This document shows positions 27,762 through 38,027 of a DNA stretch of 64,000 nt, piece by piece. This stretch comes from Chloroflexota bacterium. Its GTDB lineage: Bacteria; Chloroflexota; Dehalococcoidia; UBA2247; JAXHVC01. Below the pieces are notes generated by a model. That model worked only from the letters and a program-made list of their open reading frames with translations, was not told the origin of the DNA and ran no database searches. A program made the position numbers and the translations under genes. The first letter of the stretch is position 1. Every line of letters begins with the position of its first letter. The stretch spans positions 1,026 through 65,025 of the forward strand of contig JAXHVC010000144.1 in assembly GCA_034189315.1 (NCBI GenBank), written 5' to 3'.

Positions 27762-28553
27762 TTGTGGCGTGAATTACGAGGAGCGTGCCTAGTATTGAGT
27801 ATTCTGGCGGCGATAAGGTTCCTCACAGTTCTCCCCGTTGTACAGAATCGAGAGTTTAGTACAGAGGAACTAGGTAGATCATCTGCGTGGTTTCCCCTGG
27901 TAGGATTGATGTTGGGCGGTGTTCTAGTTGGGATGGATTTCCTGCTGGAAGACCATCTCAATGGGACCGTACTAAATATGCTGCTGATCATCACCATGGT
28001 GATGATCACTGGGGCATTACATCTCGATGGATTTATTGATACCTGTGATGGGATATTCCTTCGTAGACCTGCAGAGGATAGGCTTCGCATCATGTCGGAT
28101 AGTAGGGTGGGGGGCTTTGGTGTGGTGGGAGCCTGTTGCCTCATTTTATTGAAGTTTGCTGCGCTGCTGGCTCTACCACATGATTTAAGATGGGGTGCAT
28201 TGTTACTTATGCCTTTAATAGGAAGATGGACAATGACCTGTCTCCTATACCTCTTTCCCTATGCTCGTGATGAGGGGAAAGGCCTCATTTTTAAGCAGCA
28301 AGTTAATGGAACTCGGGTTATAATTGCAACATCTATTACGCTGCTTGTGTCTGTAGTGATTGGCTGGACAGGTGGACTGCTTCTATTAGCGGCCACAGGG
28401 TTGATGGTGTTACTCTTGGCCTCATATATAAACCATGGACTTGGTGGATTGACCGGTGATACTTATGGGGCTGCAAATGAAATAGCGGAGGTTGTGATTC
28501 TTATCCTATTTCCTATTGTGTTTGATGCAATCGGAGGGGGGGTGATAGCTTGA
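27762..28553 (+). CDS. cobS: adenosylcobinamide-GDP ribazoletransferase (cobalamin 5'-phosphate synthase)
   Basis: N-terminal AIRFLTVLPV and a polytopic membrane profile typical of CobS. 263 aa. Confidence 0.8.
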   Translation: MWRELRGACLVLSILAAIRFLTVLPVVQNREFSTEELGRSSAWFPLVGLMLGGVLVGMDFLLEDHLNGTVLNMLLIITMVMITGALHLDGFIDTCDGIFLRRPAEDRLRIMSDSRVGGFGVVGACCLILLKFAALLALPHDLRWGALLLMPLIGRWTMTCLLYLFPYARDEGKGLIFKQQVNGTRVIIATSITLLVSVVIGWTGGLLLLAATGLMVLLLASYINHGLGGLTGDTYGAANEIAEVVILILFPIVFDAIGGGVIA

Positions 28554-29251
28554 TTAGGTTGCTTTTAGTTAGGCATGGCGAGACGGACTGGAACAAGAAA
28601 GGTCTTTTTCAAGGTCAGAGCGATATTGAACTCAATACCTATGGATTAGAGCAAGTTCGTATGGTGGGTCAGAGATTGAGCACAGAGGAGATATCCTCAG
28701 TATACAGTAGTGATTTGAAACGGGCTAAACAGACCACGCAGGCTATTACTTCGATTAATGGAAACCAAGGTTTGCCTGTTACATATACTAGACAACTACG
28801 GGAGCTCTATTTTGGAGATTTTGAAGGGAAGAACTTCGAGGAGATAAAAGAGCACTATCTACCGCTGGCCAAGGCCTGGCGTGATGGTGATCTCGATACT
28901 ACGGCGCCTGGAGGTGAAACGCTATCGCAGCTTGGAACAAGAATAATGGCCTTAGCGGATGGTATATATGATCAGCATACTGATGAAACGGTGCTGGTGG
29001 TAGCTCATGGCGGGCCATTACAGTTGATGATGTGCTACTTGATAGGTATAGATATTCAGCATTGGTGGAGATTTCATTTAGATACGGCCTCGATTTCGAT
29101 CGTCAATCTCTATAAGGAATGGAGTGTATTATCACTCATGAATGGTACTGCTCATCTGGCGACCTGTAGTCGCAAGGATTGTAATGATCTTCAACATACG
29201 AAAAAGCCACGCTCAATAATCGAGTCCGAAGTGGAGGGTGAAACCAATTGA
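28550..29251 (+). CDS. cobC: alpha-ribazole-5'-phosphate phosphatase (histidine phosphatase family)
   Basis: LVRHGETDWN catalytic motif and second His in VVAHGG. Translationally coupled between cobS and cobU. Confidence 0.7.
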   Translation: MIRLLLVRHGETDWNKKGLFQGQSDIELNTYGLEQVRMVGQRLSTEEISSVYSSDLKRAKQTTQAITSINGNQGLPVTYTRQLRELYFGDFEGKNFEEIKEHYLPLAKAWRDGDLDTTAPGGETLSQLGTRIMALADGIYDQHTDETVLVVAHGGPLQLMMCYLIGIDIQHWWRFHLDTASISIVNLYKEWSVLSLMNGTAHLATCSRKDCNDLQHTKKPRSIIESEVEGETN

Positions 29252-29826
29252 ATAGAAGGAGTGCTCTTATCATTGGTGGTGCTAGGAGTGGCAAGAGCCA
29301 GTTTGCTCAGGAATTAGCATCACGCATCACAGAGAAGGTCCTTTTCGTGGCTACTGCCGAACCATTAGATGAAGAGATGCAACATCGTATCATCGCACAT
29401 AAAAGGAGCAGACCTAGGCATTGGAGAACCCTTGAGGCGCCGATAAAGGTTTCCTCGCGAATGGCGGAGGAAATCGACGATGCTGAACTTGTAATTATTG
29501 ATTGCATAACTTTACTTGTATCCAATGTGTTGACCGGAGACGAAGGTGATATTGTTCCGATGCGTATTGAGGAGGCCGAAAAAGTAATAGAGGCAGAGGT
29601 CGCCGGAATCGTAGACTATATAGAGCGATCAACGGCATCTTTCCTCATCGTATCCAACGAAGTCGGTTTTGGACTAGTTCCTGGTACTCCACTGGAACGC
29701 TCATACCGAGATAGCCTAGGTAGAGCCAATCAAACCTTGGCTCGGTGTGTTGATTCCGTATACCTAATGGTTGCCGGAATTCCAGTGGATATTAAGGCCT
29801 TGAAATCGGATAACCTAGGTGACTGA
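29248..29826 (+). CDS. cobU: bifunctional adenosylcobinamide kinase / adenosylcobinamide-phosphate guanylyltransferase
   Basis: ALIIGGARSGKSQFAQ P-loop, about 190 aa, CobU/CobP family (bacterial type). Confidence 0.8.
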   Translation: MNRRSALIIGGARSGKSQFAQELASRITEKVLFVATAEPLDEEMQHRIIAHKRSRPRHWRTLEAPIKVSSRMAEEIDDAELVIIDCITLLVSNVLTGDEGDIVPMRIEEAEKVIEAEVAGIVDYIERSTASFLIVSNEVGFGLVPGTPLERSYRDSLGRANQTLARCVDSVYLMVAGIPVDIKALKSDNLGD

Positions 29827-29882
29827 TATGACATATAACATCGCGTGGTACGATCGCCATTATTGAAGAGAGGTATAAGTCC

Positions 29883-30476
29883 ATGCAGGAGCATTGGAGG
29901 GAGCGTTACAAATCTGGTCATACGCCATGGGACACAGGTAAGCCGGATATCAATCTAATAAGAACAATCACCGAAAGACCAATTCAAAGCCGTAAGACAT
30001 TAGAGGTTGGTTGTGGAACAGGTAACAATGCTTTGTGGTTGGCACAGCAGGGTTTTGTAGTTACGGCTATCGATATTACGGATGAGGCTATTATTGCAGG
30101 TAGGAATAAGGCTTGTGAAGTGGGAGCCAATATCCAGTTCGCAGTTGTGGATTTCATGACTGAAGCAATACCAGATTTGCCCTTTGGATTTATCTTTGAT
30201 CGAGGGTGTTTTCATTCCTACCGTACTCACGACGAGCAGAGACTTTTTGCTGAAAAAGTGGCGACATGCTTAGAACCGGAAGGTTTATGGCTGAGCCTCA
30301 TTGGGAGTACCGATGGTCCTCCGCGCGAAGTGGGACCCCCACAGCATTCTGCCAAGGATGTTGTTATAGCAGTGGAACCATCCTTCGAGATACTATCACT
30401 GATATCAAGCCACTTCGACTCTCTGCATCCCCAACCGCCTCGATGTTGGGTATGCCTAATGAAGAAACGAACATAA
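29883..30476 (+). CDS. class I SAM-dependent methyltransferase (thiopurine S-methyltransferase-like fold)
   Basis: WRERYKSGHTPWD N-terminal TPMT-like motif and the SAM motif I LEVGCGTGNNALWLAQQG. Last gene of the cobTSCU cluster. Confidence 0.6.
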   Translation: MQEHWRERYKSGHTPWDTGKPDINLIRTITERPIQSRKTLEVGCGTGNNALWLAQQGFVVTAIDITDEAIIAGRNKACEVGANIQFAVVDFMTEAIPDLPFGFIFDRGCFHSYRTHDEQRLFAEKVATCLEPEGLWLSLIGSTDGPPREVGPPQHSAKDVVIAVEPSFEILSLISSHFDSLHPQPPRCWVCLMKKRT

Positions 30477-31045
30477 CGTTTACTAAGTTTACATCAAGTT
30501 GACGCTGCATAGACTAGTGGTTTGTGTTTTAGCTCAAGAATCATGTACCCAACTCCCCAGGTGTACTAGAGGTAATTCATTTATGGTATGGATTAGTTAT
30601 TTGCTTCATATAACAATAGAAGAGGATAACCGTTTATACGTTATAGGTAGACTGAAATCTTTGTTGCAGCTGGGATTAGACTGCCTGTAAAGCTTGCTGA
30701 GATATTAATGTAAAGCGGGTGCATGTTTATAGATGATTACTTGATAAAAGTTAATCCCCCAATCTCGGTGAGATTGCGACAACGGAAGCAGCTTCGACTA
30801 GTCTATTGATGTGGATATCACCGGCAAAAAGCCGTCACAATATCTTCAGTCAATGTGGAAGGCGGTTTGGAAGCTGCCTCCCATTGTCGCTCTCAATATG
30901 TATGGAATCTATAAAAAGAACCGGAGTCATTGCATCGAGTGCTCGTGGTGCAATGGCGTTATGATTGTGTGTAGAATGCCACGCCGGTTCTATAGAATCC
31001 TAAAAGGTCCTCCTCCTAATGATTCGTTATAATGGTCTGAAGATC

Positions 31046-31690
31046 CTATACCATGAGCGTAACAGGTACAGCTAGAACAAGGTCATCCGTTTCGATAAAA
31101 GACTCTTCTACAAAGAAGAAGTCATGCAGCATAGGATTACAACTCTTCAACTCATCACGAGCCGAATGGATATCCAATATATATGAGTGATGTTCAGTAT
31201 CACCTAGATCGTGGTGGTGGTACACACCTGCGTTTCCAATATCCCTGAACCGCATAGTATGATAATCCCTAGCTATTTCAGGGCGTGATGACATTATAAT
31301 GTAGTTTATTCCGTTCAGATGGCAGTAGCACATGACACTTTTGATGAGTAGCCACTTAATCTCTTTTGAATCGACATGCTTTGGAACGGAAAAACGCGTT
31401 GCTTCGCAACAATGAAGCTCTTCTCCTGAAAACAATGCCTCCATTGGCACATGTGCATCAAGCTCGATACTACCCATTCGTCGATCGAGTATCCTAATAG
31501 TACCTACCATATTATTGTTAGCATCTTCCGCTATGAGAAGAGTACAATGTGGTTCAAAATCGCACTCGTCTATTACCTTATTTTTATCGTCAAAGTATAT
31601 ACGATACCCTTCGTACCGCACGTCATACATCCTCTTGAGGTCCTCCCTTGTTTTCGCAGTGCGAACACGATAGCTATTCCGTGTATCCAT
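31046..31690 (-). CDS. LuxI-like autoinducer synthase / N-acyl amino acid synthase family GNAT
   Basis: RYEGYRIYFDD..IDECDFEPHCTLLIAED...MVGTIRILD matches the LuxI/FeeM-family core (R-Y/F-x-V-F, E-x-D-x-F/Y-D, GT-R-L). 214 aa. Confidence 0.55.
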   Translation of the reverse strand: MDTRNSYRVRTAKTREDLKRMYDVRYEGYRIYFDDKNKVIDECDFEPHCTLLIAEDANNNMVGTIRILDRRMGSIELDAHVPMEALFSGEELHCCEATRFSVPKHVDSKEIKWLLIKSVMCYCHLNGINYIIMSSRPEIARDYHTMRFRDIGNAGVYHHHDLGDTEHHSYILDIHSARDELKSCNPMLHDFFFVEESFIETDDLVLAVPVTLMV

Positions 31691-31868
31691 GTTATAGTTG
31701 CTCCTTTCTTTTCTATGTTCTGTAACTGCTTGATGTATGCGTGGGCAAAAACAAAGTTGCCCAAGATCCCTGTGTCCTCACAGGAGATGCTCTCAAATAT
31801 ATCCGCGCCGATTTGCTCTCAAGTACAGTATTGCTCATTTCTGTCATTTACATGAATAATCTATATTG

Positions 31869-31993
31869 CCACTATGCAATACAATCCCCATTCGCCATGT
31901 TATTGTGAACCGAAGGTGAAGCAATCTTCCTATAAGGGAAGGATTGTCACGTCGTCCTGTAAGGACTTCTTCTAAGGACACAAATCTGCTAAT
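31869..31993 (+). mobile_element. MITE copy C (degenerate, about 125 bp)
   Basis: Contains the conserved core GAACCGAAGGTGAAGCAATC and degenerate ends (ACTATGCAATACAAT ... GACACAAATCTG). Confidence 0.45.
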
Positions 31994-32211
31994 CTGTGTC
32001 CTTTGTTTGCTAACCCGTATTCCTCAATGGACTTGTGCTTATGTGTTACAGCCTATCCGCAGGAATGACGGATATAAGCCATTGAGCACCGTATTATGTG
32101 TATTGTATTTGATGTCAATCGATTGATATCACAGATTGCTATGAGGTAGAAATATACGACTGTTAACTAATCAGGCCTAATCAGTTGCCTAGGTATATCT
32201 CTTAATATAAT

Positions 32212-33393
32212 CTATCCTTGATAGACTCGTTTAACTCTATGACCTAATGTGGAAAGGACCTCATAGCTTATGGTGCCCATCAACCTTGCGAGCTCTTCGA
32301 CCATGGATGAGCCTTCTTTCCCTCCCACTAGTACTACTTCGTCTCCAACTTCAGCCTCTGGAATGTGAGTTACATCGATCATACACGTATCCATACAAAT
32401 GTTTCCGACCACTGGGGCAAATTTATCCCTAACCATAACCTTGGCACGATTGGACAATACTCGACTCAGACCATCGGCATACCCGACCTGGATTACGGCT
32501 ATTCGCCTACACTCTGGGCATATAAAAGACCGTCCGTAGCTTATACTTTCTCCTTGATCAAACAATCGTATTTGTGTAATTCGGGTTCTTATTGAAAGGG
32601 GGAACTGGAGCGAAACCACTTGGTTTAAATGTTCAGCAGGATAGATGCCATAGGTCATTAGACCAGGTCGTACCATATCGAACCATGTCTCGGGATACTG
32701 TAATATGGCGGCGCTGTTAGCTAGATGTCTTACAGGTACATGAATTCCTAGTTCTTCCAGTTCCTCGAGGACACTCAAATATCGTGAGAGCTGGAACAAA
32801 GTATATTGATCATCCTTGACATCTGATGTTGCCAAATGACTATACACGCCTTCGATACGTACATTTGGCAGATTACTGATTTCATAAATATCTTTAGCAG
32901 CTGTTTTCCAAGGAAGGCCTAACCGACCCATACCAGTATCGACTTCAATATGGACAGTTGCTTCTAGACCATGCTTGCACGCTATCTCTGAGATGGTTGA
33001 TGCGATGTGGCGCTCTCCAATGGCAAGGGTTAGATCGTAGGTTAAAGCCGGAAGTATGTGTGTAGGGAGGATACCCCCTAGGACTAGTATAGGACATTGA
33101 ATTCCACTCGCTCGAAGCTCTATTCCCTCATGAACGAATGCTACTGCCATCGCATCTACGAGAGGTTCTATAGCTTGGGCTACTGGTACGGCCCCATAAC
33201 CATAGGCATTTGCTTTGACAGCTTGCATGATCATTACATTTGAACCAACCAAACCTCGAATTTGTAACAGGTTTGATTTGATGGCATCTAAGTTGATTTC
33301 AGCAACCGTAGGAGGGAGTATCTGCATTTCGGTAAAACAGGTTTGACTCTGGTATGTGGAGTTTGTCCTGGGGGAATGCAGTGCAGTTACCAT
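32212..33393 (-). CDS. alr: alanine racemase
   Basis: PLP-lysine motif AVKANAYGYG and a C-terminal beta-strand domain. The start is possibly the internal Met (MQILPPTVAEINLDAI...), about 22 codons downstream. Confidence 0.75.
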   Translation of the reverse strand: MVTALHSPRTNSTYQSQTCFTEMQILPPTVAEINLDAIKSNLLQIRGLVGSNVMIMQAVKANAYGYGAVPVAQAIEPLVDAMAVAFVHEGIELRASGIQCPILVLGGILPTHILPALTYDLTLAIGERHIASTISEIACKHGLEATVHIEVDTGMGRLGLPWKTAAKDIYEISNLPNVRIEGVYSHLATSDVKDDQYTLFQLSRYLSVLEELEELGIHVPVRHLANSAAILQYPETWFDMVRPGLMTYGIYPAEHLNQVVSLQFPLSIRTRITQIRLFDQGESISYGRSFICPECRRIAVIQVGYADGLSRVLSNRAKVMVRDKFAPVVGNICMDTCMIDVTHIPEAEVGDEVVLVGGKEGSSMVEELARLMGTISYEVLSTLGHRVKRVYQG

Positions 33394-34107
33394 GTCTCTC
33401 CTTTAGAAGTAACATAAGCTGGAGCCTGTGTATTGTATTCTACCTCTGCTTATTGATCTCCCTATTCCTCAATCTTGTTAAGAACCAATACATATCCTAC
33501 AGAGGCTACAGTGTATCTGTCATGAGTGGTAATACGTAATTCTGTTCGATTAGACCGACCTTTCTCCTATCTAGATACCGACATATCGTCGCTGTCGGAT
33601 TGTCGACATATTACCACTGATATGAATTAATAAAGCCTGAGTTCGATCTGGTCTTGTTCAGGATTAATTTGAAAACGTATGTGGTGGATTAGCTTGAAGT
33701 TATGTAGAGAGAGCAAGCAAATATTCGCCGACAGGTGGATACGTAGTTTCCGTCACGATTAGGGTACAAATGTGCTGATTGGGAAAAATGAAAGGTCCTG
33801 TAGTGTGTTCGAATTTGCATTATCCCGTCTTTAGTCATTTCTGTGGGAGTGGGATAGGATATAGTGCATGGACCTATTATATGGCTATCACATGTTGGTG
33901 ATAGTATCTAGACTACGTATCAAAGATCGGGCATGTATTTGTAGCAATACTTATACGGGAATGGAACTGCCAAGTGGGTGCAATTTGTTTTCAAACTGGC
34001 CAGTTGTTGGCTCTTATGGACATTGTATCTACGAAGTAGGACTCTTAAAAAGAGGAGATTATGGGGCAGTATGTGAAAGTGCCATACCTGAGATACTGTT
34101 TTGAGGA

Positions 34108-34932
34108 CTAGGCAGTACTATCTCTACTCTTGTGACGTTTTCTAGAGATTATTAATGAGAGTAGGAATAGTGTGGCACTTGTCAGAATGATAGTAGCTCC
34201 AGAGGCGATATCGGTCTCATAGGAGAGCCATAATCCTGTGATGGTGAAGAAGATACCAATGACAATTGAAAGAAGCATCATTAGCCATAGCTTATGCGTA
34301 TATCGACTAGCTATTGATGATGGGATAGTCAATAGGGCTATGACTAGGATTATGCCTACCACCTTTATGAGTACTACTACTGTGATGGCAATCAGACATA
34401 AGAGAACGTAATAAAGGTAATTCATAGGTGCGCCCACGACTGTTCCGAATTCCTCATCGAATGATAGTGCTAGAAATTCCTTGTAGAGCAGAATTACCGT
34501 CAGCGTTGTTAGCAATGCTATTATGGCGATAAGGCCTACATCGCTCGGTGATACAAATAGGATATCCCCAATAAGATATCCAAATAGTTCATCGGCATAG
34601 CCTGGTTTCAAATCGATGAACAGTATTCCCAAAGCCATCCCTACAGCCCACATAATACCAATGAGTGTATCTTCTGCTATCTTGATCCTTCTGGACACAA
34701 AACCCATACTCAGAGCGGAGAATATGGCGAAGAGCATTGCCCCCAGAAGGGGATTGATTCCGAGGTACCAACCGAGGCCAATACCACCAAATGATGCATG
34801 GGAAATACCTCCACTAATAAAAACCATCTTCCTTACAACGATGTAGACTCCAATGATGCCACACACGATAGAAGCCAATACGGCAGTTAATAATGCACGT
34901 TGCATGTATTCATATTGAAGGGCATCTATCAT
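34108..34932 (-). CDS. znuB: zinc/manganese ABC transporter permease (ZnuB family)
   Basis: ABC-3 family membrane protein profile, 274 aa, in an operon with znuC/znuA. Confidence 0.7.
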   Translation of the reverse strand: MIDALQYEYMQRALLTAVLASIVCGIIGVYIVVRKMVFISGGISHASFGGIGLGWYLGINPLLGAMLFAIFSALSMGFVSRRIKIAEDTLIGIMWAVGMALGILFIDLKPGYADELFGYLIGDILFVSPSDVGLIAIIALLTTLTVILLYKEFLALSFDEEFGTVVGAPMNYLYYVLLCLIAITVVVLIKVVGIILVIALLTIPSSIASRYTHKLWLMMLLSIVIGIFFTITGLWLSYETDIASGATIILTSATLFLLSLIISRKRHKSRDSTA

Positions 34933-35150
34933 CTGGAAGACCTCATATATTAGGGCTTCTTATACTCGGTATATCTGAGGGATCCTATTGTAGTTCTTGT
35001 AGAAGATGAAACCAAGTGCTCCATAGACTGTATTCCATATCGAGCATGGAACGATGAAGAAACACACGAGAATGGTTATCAACTAAAGAGGAGAGATTAC
35101 TAGGGAGTGTGTCGGATTGTACAAGAGCAGTAAACGCTGTGAGTGACATC

Positions 35151-35906
35151 TCAATGCTCTCTTAGTATGCGGTGAGGTATGCCATGGGCGATCATATCCA
35201 CGGGACAGTTGTATGTTGCCTCTAGCTCATCCGAGGGTATTTCCTTAGAATTGTGATAGAACAGTCGGCGATTCAAACAAGCAATCTTTTCCACATGTAC
35301 GGATACAGCACTTAAGTCGTGAGATACTAGGATAATTGTTAGTTTGTGTTTCAACTCTGCTAATAGATCGTAGAATTCGCTCTGAGCCGATGTGTCTATG
35401 CTGGCAGTAGGCTCATCGAGTAATAGTATTTGGGGATCGGTTGTCAGTGCTCTAGCAACAAGAACACGTTGACGTTGGCCGCCGGAAAGCTTTCCGATTT
35501 GTCTGTCCCTATACTCCAGCATCCCCACGGTACTGAGAGCATGTTTGGCTGCATCTCGGTCTTCATTGCCATATCTACGGAAAAGTCCCGCACGGTGCAG
35601 CCGGCCCATCAGTACTGCATCCCATACACCAATAGGGAATGCATGATCAAAATTGCTGTGTTGTGGCACATAACCAATGTGCTTCCTGCCCCTCTCCGGA
35701 GTATCACCAAACACGGTGATTTTTCCTTTGTTAGGTTTAACTAGCCCCAAGATCACTTTTAATAATGTACTCTTACCGCCACCATTTGGACCAATAATAC
35801 CCAGGAAGTCATATTGTCTCACGGTTAGACAAGCTGCTTCTAGTGCAGGTATACCTTCGTAATCTACCCACACGTCTTGTAGCTTTATTACTGCTTCTGA
35901 GTCCAC
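35151..35906 (-). CDS. znuC: zinc ABC transporter ATP-binding protein
   Basis: Walker A GPNGGGKST, LSGGQRQR and LLLDEPT. Confidence 0.75.
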   Translation of the reverse strand: MDSEAVIKLQDVWVDYEGIPALEAACLTVRQYDFLGIIGPNGGGKSTLLKVILGLVKPNKGKITVFGDTPERGRKHIGYVPQHSNFDHAFPIGVWDAVLMGRLHRAGLFRRYGNEDRDAAKHALSTVGMLEYRDRQIGKLSGGQRQRVLVARALTTDPQILLLDEPTASIDTSAQSEFYDLLAELKHKLTIILVSHDLSAVSVHVEKIACLNRRLFYHNSKEIPSDELEATYNCPVDMIAHGIPHRILREH

Positions 35907-35927
35907 GATTTGGTTAAGTCAGTCCAA

Positions 35928-36902
35928 TCATACTGCTATGCATTTCTCAAGTCCCCTTATGAGCCCATCGGTTCGCATTGGGTGGGCGATCACTATAATC
36001 ATAGGTTGTATGGCCTGATCAGTATCAAAGGGAACAATAGTATACTGTTTTTGGATGGCTTGGATCTCGAACATTCCCACCTCATTTTGGAGCTGTACAA
36101 ATCCCTTGACTCTGACTACGCTAGGTGGAAGTGTGCTTAGCCATCTCTCGAAAGTCGGTCTAGAAAGGGGATTGTCTATTAGAAACGCGAACGATCTATA
36201 CTGATCTGAGGTTCTTTCAGTTGATTCATAAGGAACAAAAGCGGTCTCTCCCCGGATTATATCTTCTGGTTCTAACATGCAATTCACAGTTGGCATCACT
36301 ATAACTGATGGATTCACCTTAGCTATGTCATCAGCTATACATTTGATCTCTTGCTTTGTAACCAGGTCGCATTTGTTAAGCACAATAATATCTGCCCTGC
36401 TTAGTTGCCTTTGTACCAAAGCTTGATCCCTACCCATGGTCCAGTGGCGACTTGCATCATACACCACTACTATCTTACCAATATCGAATACACCACCGTT
36501 AGTCATAGCGGTAAGTGCCTCGAAGATTCCGGCCGGATCTGCCACCCCAGTGGCTTCAATATAGATACGAGGCGACTGTTCTGAAATCATAGCATGCTTG
36601 AGGCTGTTCGCAAGTTCCTCCCGTAGATCGCAGCAAGTACAGCCGCCCAGAACTCTGGTTACTACTACGCGCTTATCACGTATGAGCAGTCCGTCTACGT
36701 CAAGATCACCGAACTCGCTCATTATCACCTGTGGAGTAACTTCGTGTTCCAATTCCCAGGCAAGCATCCTGTTAAGAAGGGTGGTCTTTCCACTTCCCAG
36801 GAATCCACAGATTATCATAACCTTTGTCACTTCTTGTGTGACAGTAGAACAAGACTCTTTATACGATTGCTCGATATCCACCCTCATCTTACCAGCAGGC
36901 AT
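35928..36902 (-). CDS. COG0523 (CobW/ZigA-like) G3E-family GTPase, putative zinc metallochaperone
   Basis: GFLGSGKTTLL P-loop and the GGCTCC (GCxCC) metal-binding motif. It is embedded in the znu operon. Confidence 0.7.
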   Translation of the reverse strand: MPAGKMRVDIEQSYKESCSTVTQEVTKVMIICGFLGSGKTTLLNRMLAWELEHEVTPQVIMSEFGDLDVDGLLIRDKRVVVTRVLGGCTCCDLREELANSLKHAMISEQSPRIYIEATGVADPAGIFEALTAMTNGGVFDIGKIVVVYDASRHWTMGRDQALVQRQLSRADIIVLNKCDLVTKQEIKCIADDIAKVNPSVIVMPTVNCMLEPEDIIRGETAFVPYESTERTSDQYRSFAFLIDNPLSRPTFERWLSTLPPSVVRVKGFVQLQNEVGMFEIQAIQKQYTIVPFDTDQAIQPMIIVIAHPMRTDGLIRGLEKCIAV

Positions 36903-37091
36903 ATATCCTCCCTAATTATGATCTTGGACTTTTATACCTGAATACCGTGCTACGAATATAGTCCTGGTCAATTGATATCTATAAATCGCCCTTAGTGATC
37001 CTTATTGAGCATGCTCAGCCTAGATTTGATAGTGTGTATGTCGTCAAAATCTGTGACATCAGGTTTTCTATGCGGATCCCATTACCTGGAC

Positions 37092-38027
37092 TTACTCCAT
37101 CGCCTGAACCATTTCCTCCAATACATTATGGAGATTATCAATATAGTCTTTAGCTAGAGGATCTATTGTTACTACACTTCCGTCGATATCTGCGGCAATG
37201 ACCTCTGCACTTCGGGCATTGAACTGAGGGGAGACGAAGATTATCTTGATATCATGTTCTTGTGCTTCCTCTATTACATGAGCGAGATCACGAGCACTGG
37301 GGTCCTTACCCTCTACTTCTATTGGTATCTGCTCTAGGTCATATTCGTGGGCGAAGTAACCCCATGCTGGATGGAATACGATAAAGTGCCTATTGGTGAT
37401 CGCCGATAGACCACTCGATATGTCTGCATCTAGTTTATCCAACTGCTGCAAGTAATCGTCCCGATTCTGTTTGTAGAAGCCCTCGTTATCTGGATCAACT
37501 TCAACCAGACCGTTGCATATATTGCTCACGATGGTTTTAGCATTCATTGGCGATAACCATATGTGAGGATCTTTAGTGCCATGATCGTGATCGCGCTCAT
37601 GGTCTCCATCATCATCTTCGTGATGGTGTTCCGCCATTTCTATTAACTCTATCCCCTCTGAGCTATCGATGATGAGTATCTCCTCGTTTGCCTCCTTTAT
37701 CGTGTCCAGGTGATTTATTTCAAAACTAATACCAGAGCCAACTTCAACATACATGTCTGCGTCGCTGACTTTTGTCAACTGGCTAGGGGTTGGAGCATAA
37801 GCATGAGGGCTGGTTCCGGGAGGTACCATGGTATTAACGATTATCCTATCTCCTCCAACCTGTTCTACGAAACCAGCTAAAGGTTGCAGGGTTACCATGA
37901 CCTCTACTACTTCTGCATCGGCAGGAGATGTATCGTTGTTGCAAGAGAGCCCAGAAAACACGAGTGTTACAGTAACTACGAGAGAGAAAAGGGGTGATAT
38001 CTGACGGATTAGTTCTTTCTTTTTCAA
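37092..38027 (-). CDS. znuA: zinc ABC transporter substrate-binding protein with His/Asp-rich loop
   Basis: Signal peptide plus lipobox-like LSC. A central HHHEDDDGDHERDHDHG loop is typical of ZnuA. TTG start with GGGAGGA upstream. Confidence 0.75.
   Translation of the reverse strand: MKKKELIRQISPLFSLVVTVTLVFSGLSCNNDTSPADAEVVEVMVTLQPLAGFVEQVGGDRIIVNTMVPPGTSPHAYAPTPSQLTKVSDADMYVEVGSGISFEINHLDTIKEANEEILIIDSSEGIELIEMAEHHHEDDDGDHERDHDHGTKDPHIWLSPMNAKTIVSNICNGLVEVDPDNEGFYKQNRDDYLQQLDKLDADISSGLSAITNRHFIVFHPAWGYFAHEYDLEQIPIEVEGKDPSARDLAHVIEEAQEHDIKIIFVSPQFNARSAEVIAADIDGSVVTIDPLAKDYIDNLHNVLEEMVQAME

Noticed and set aside
30900-31000. Hairpin-rich segment (AGAACCGG...CCGGTTCT with internal GTCATTGCATCGAGTGCTCGTGGTGCAATGG) as an independent sRNA or additional MITE
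   Set aside because: It shares only short motifs (AGTGCTCGTGGTG, CATTGC) with the MITE 3' region and has no TIRs. It is probably a decayed fragment, too weak to call as a feature.
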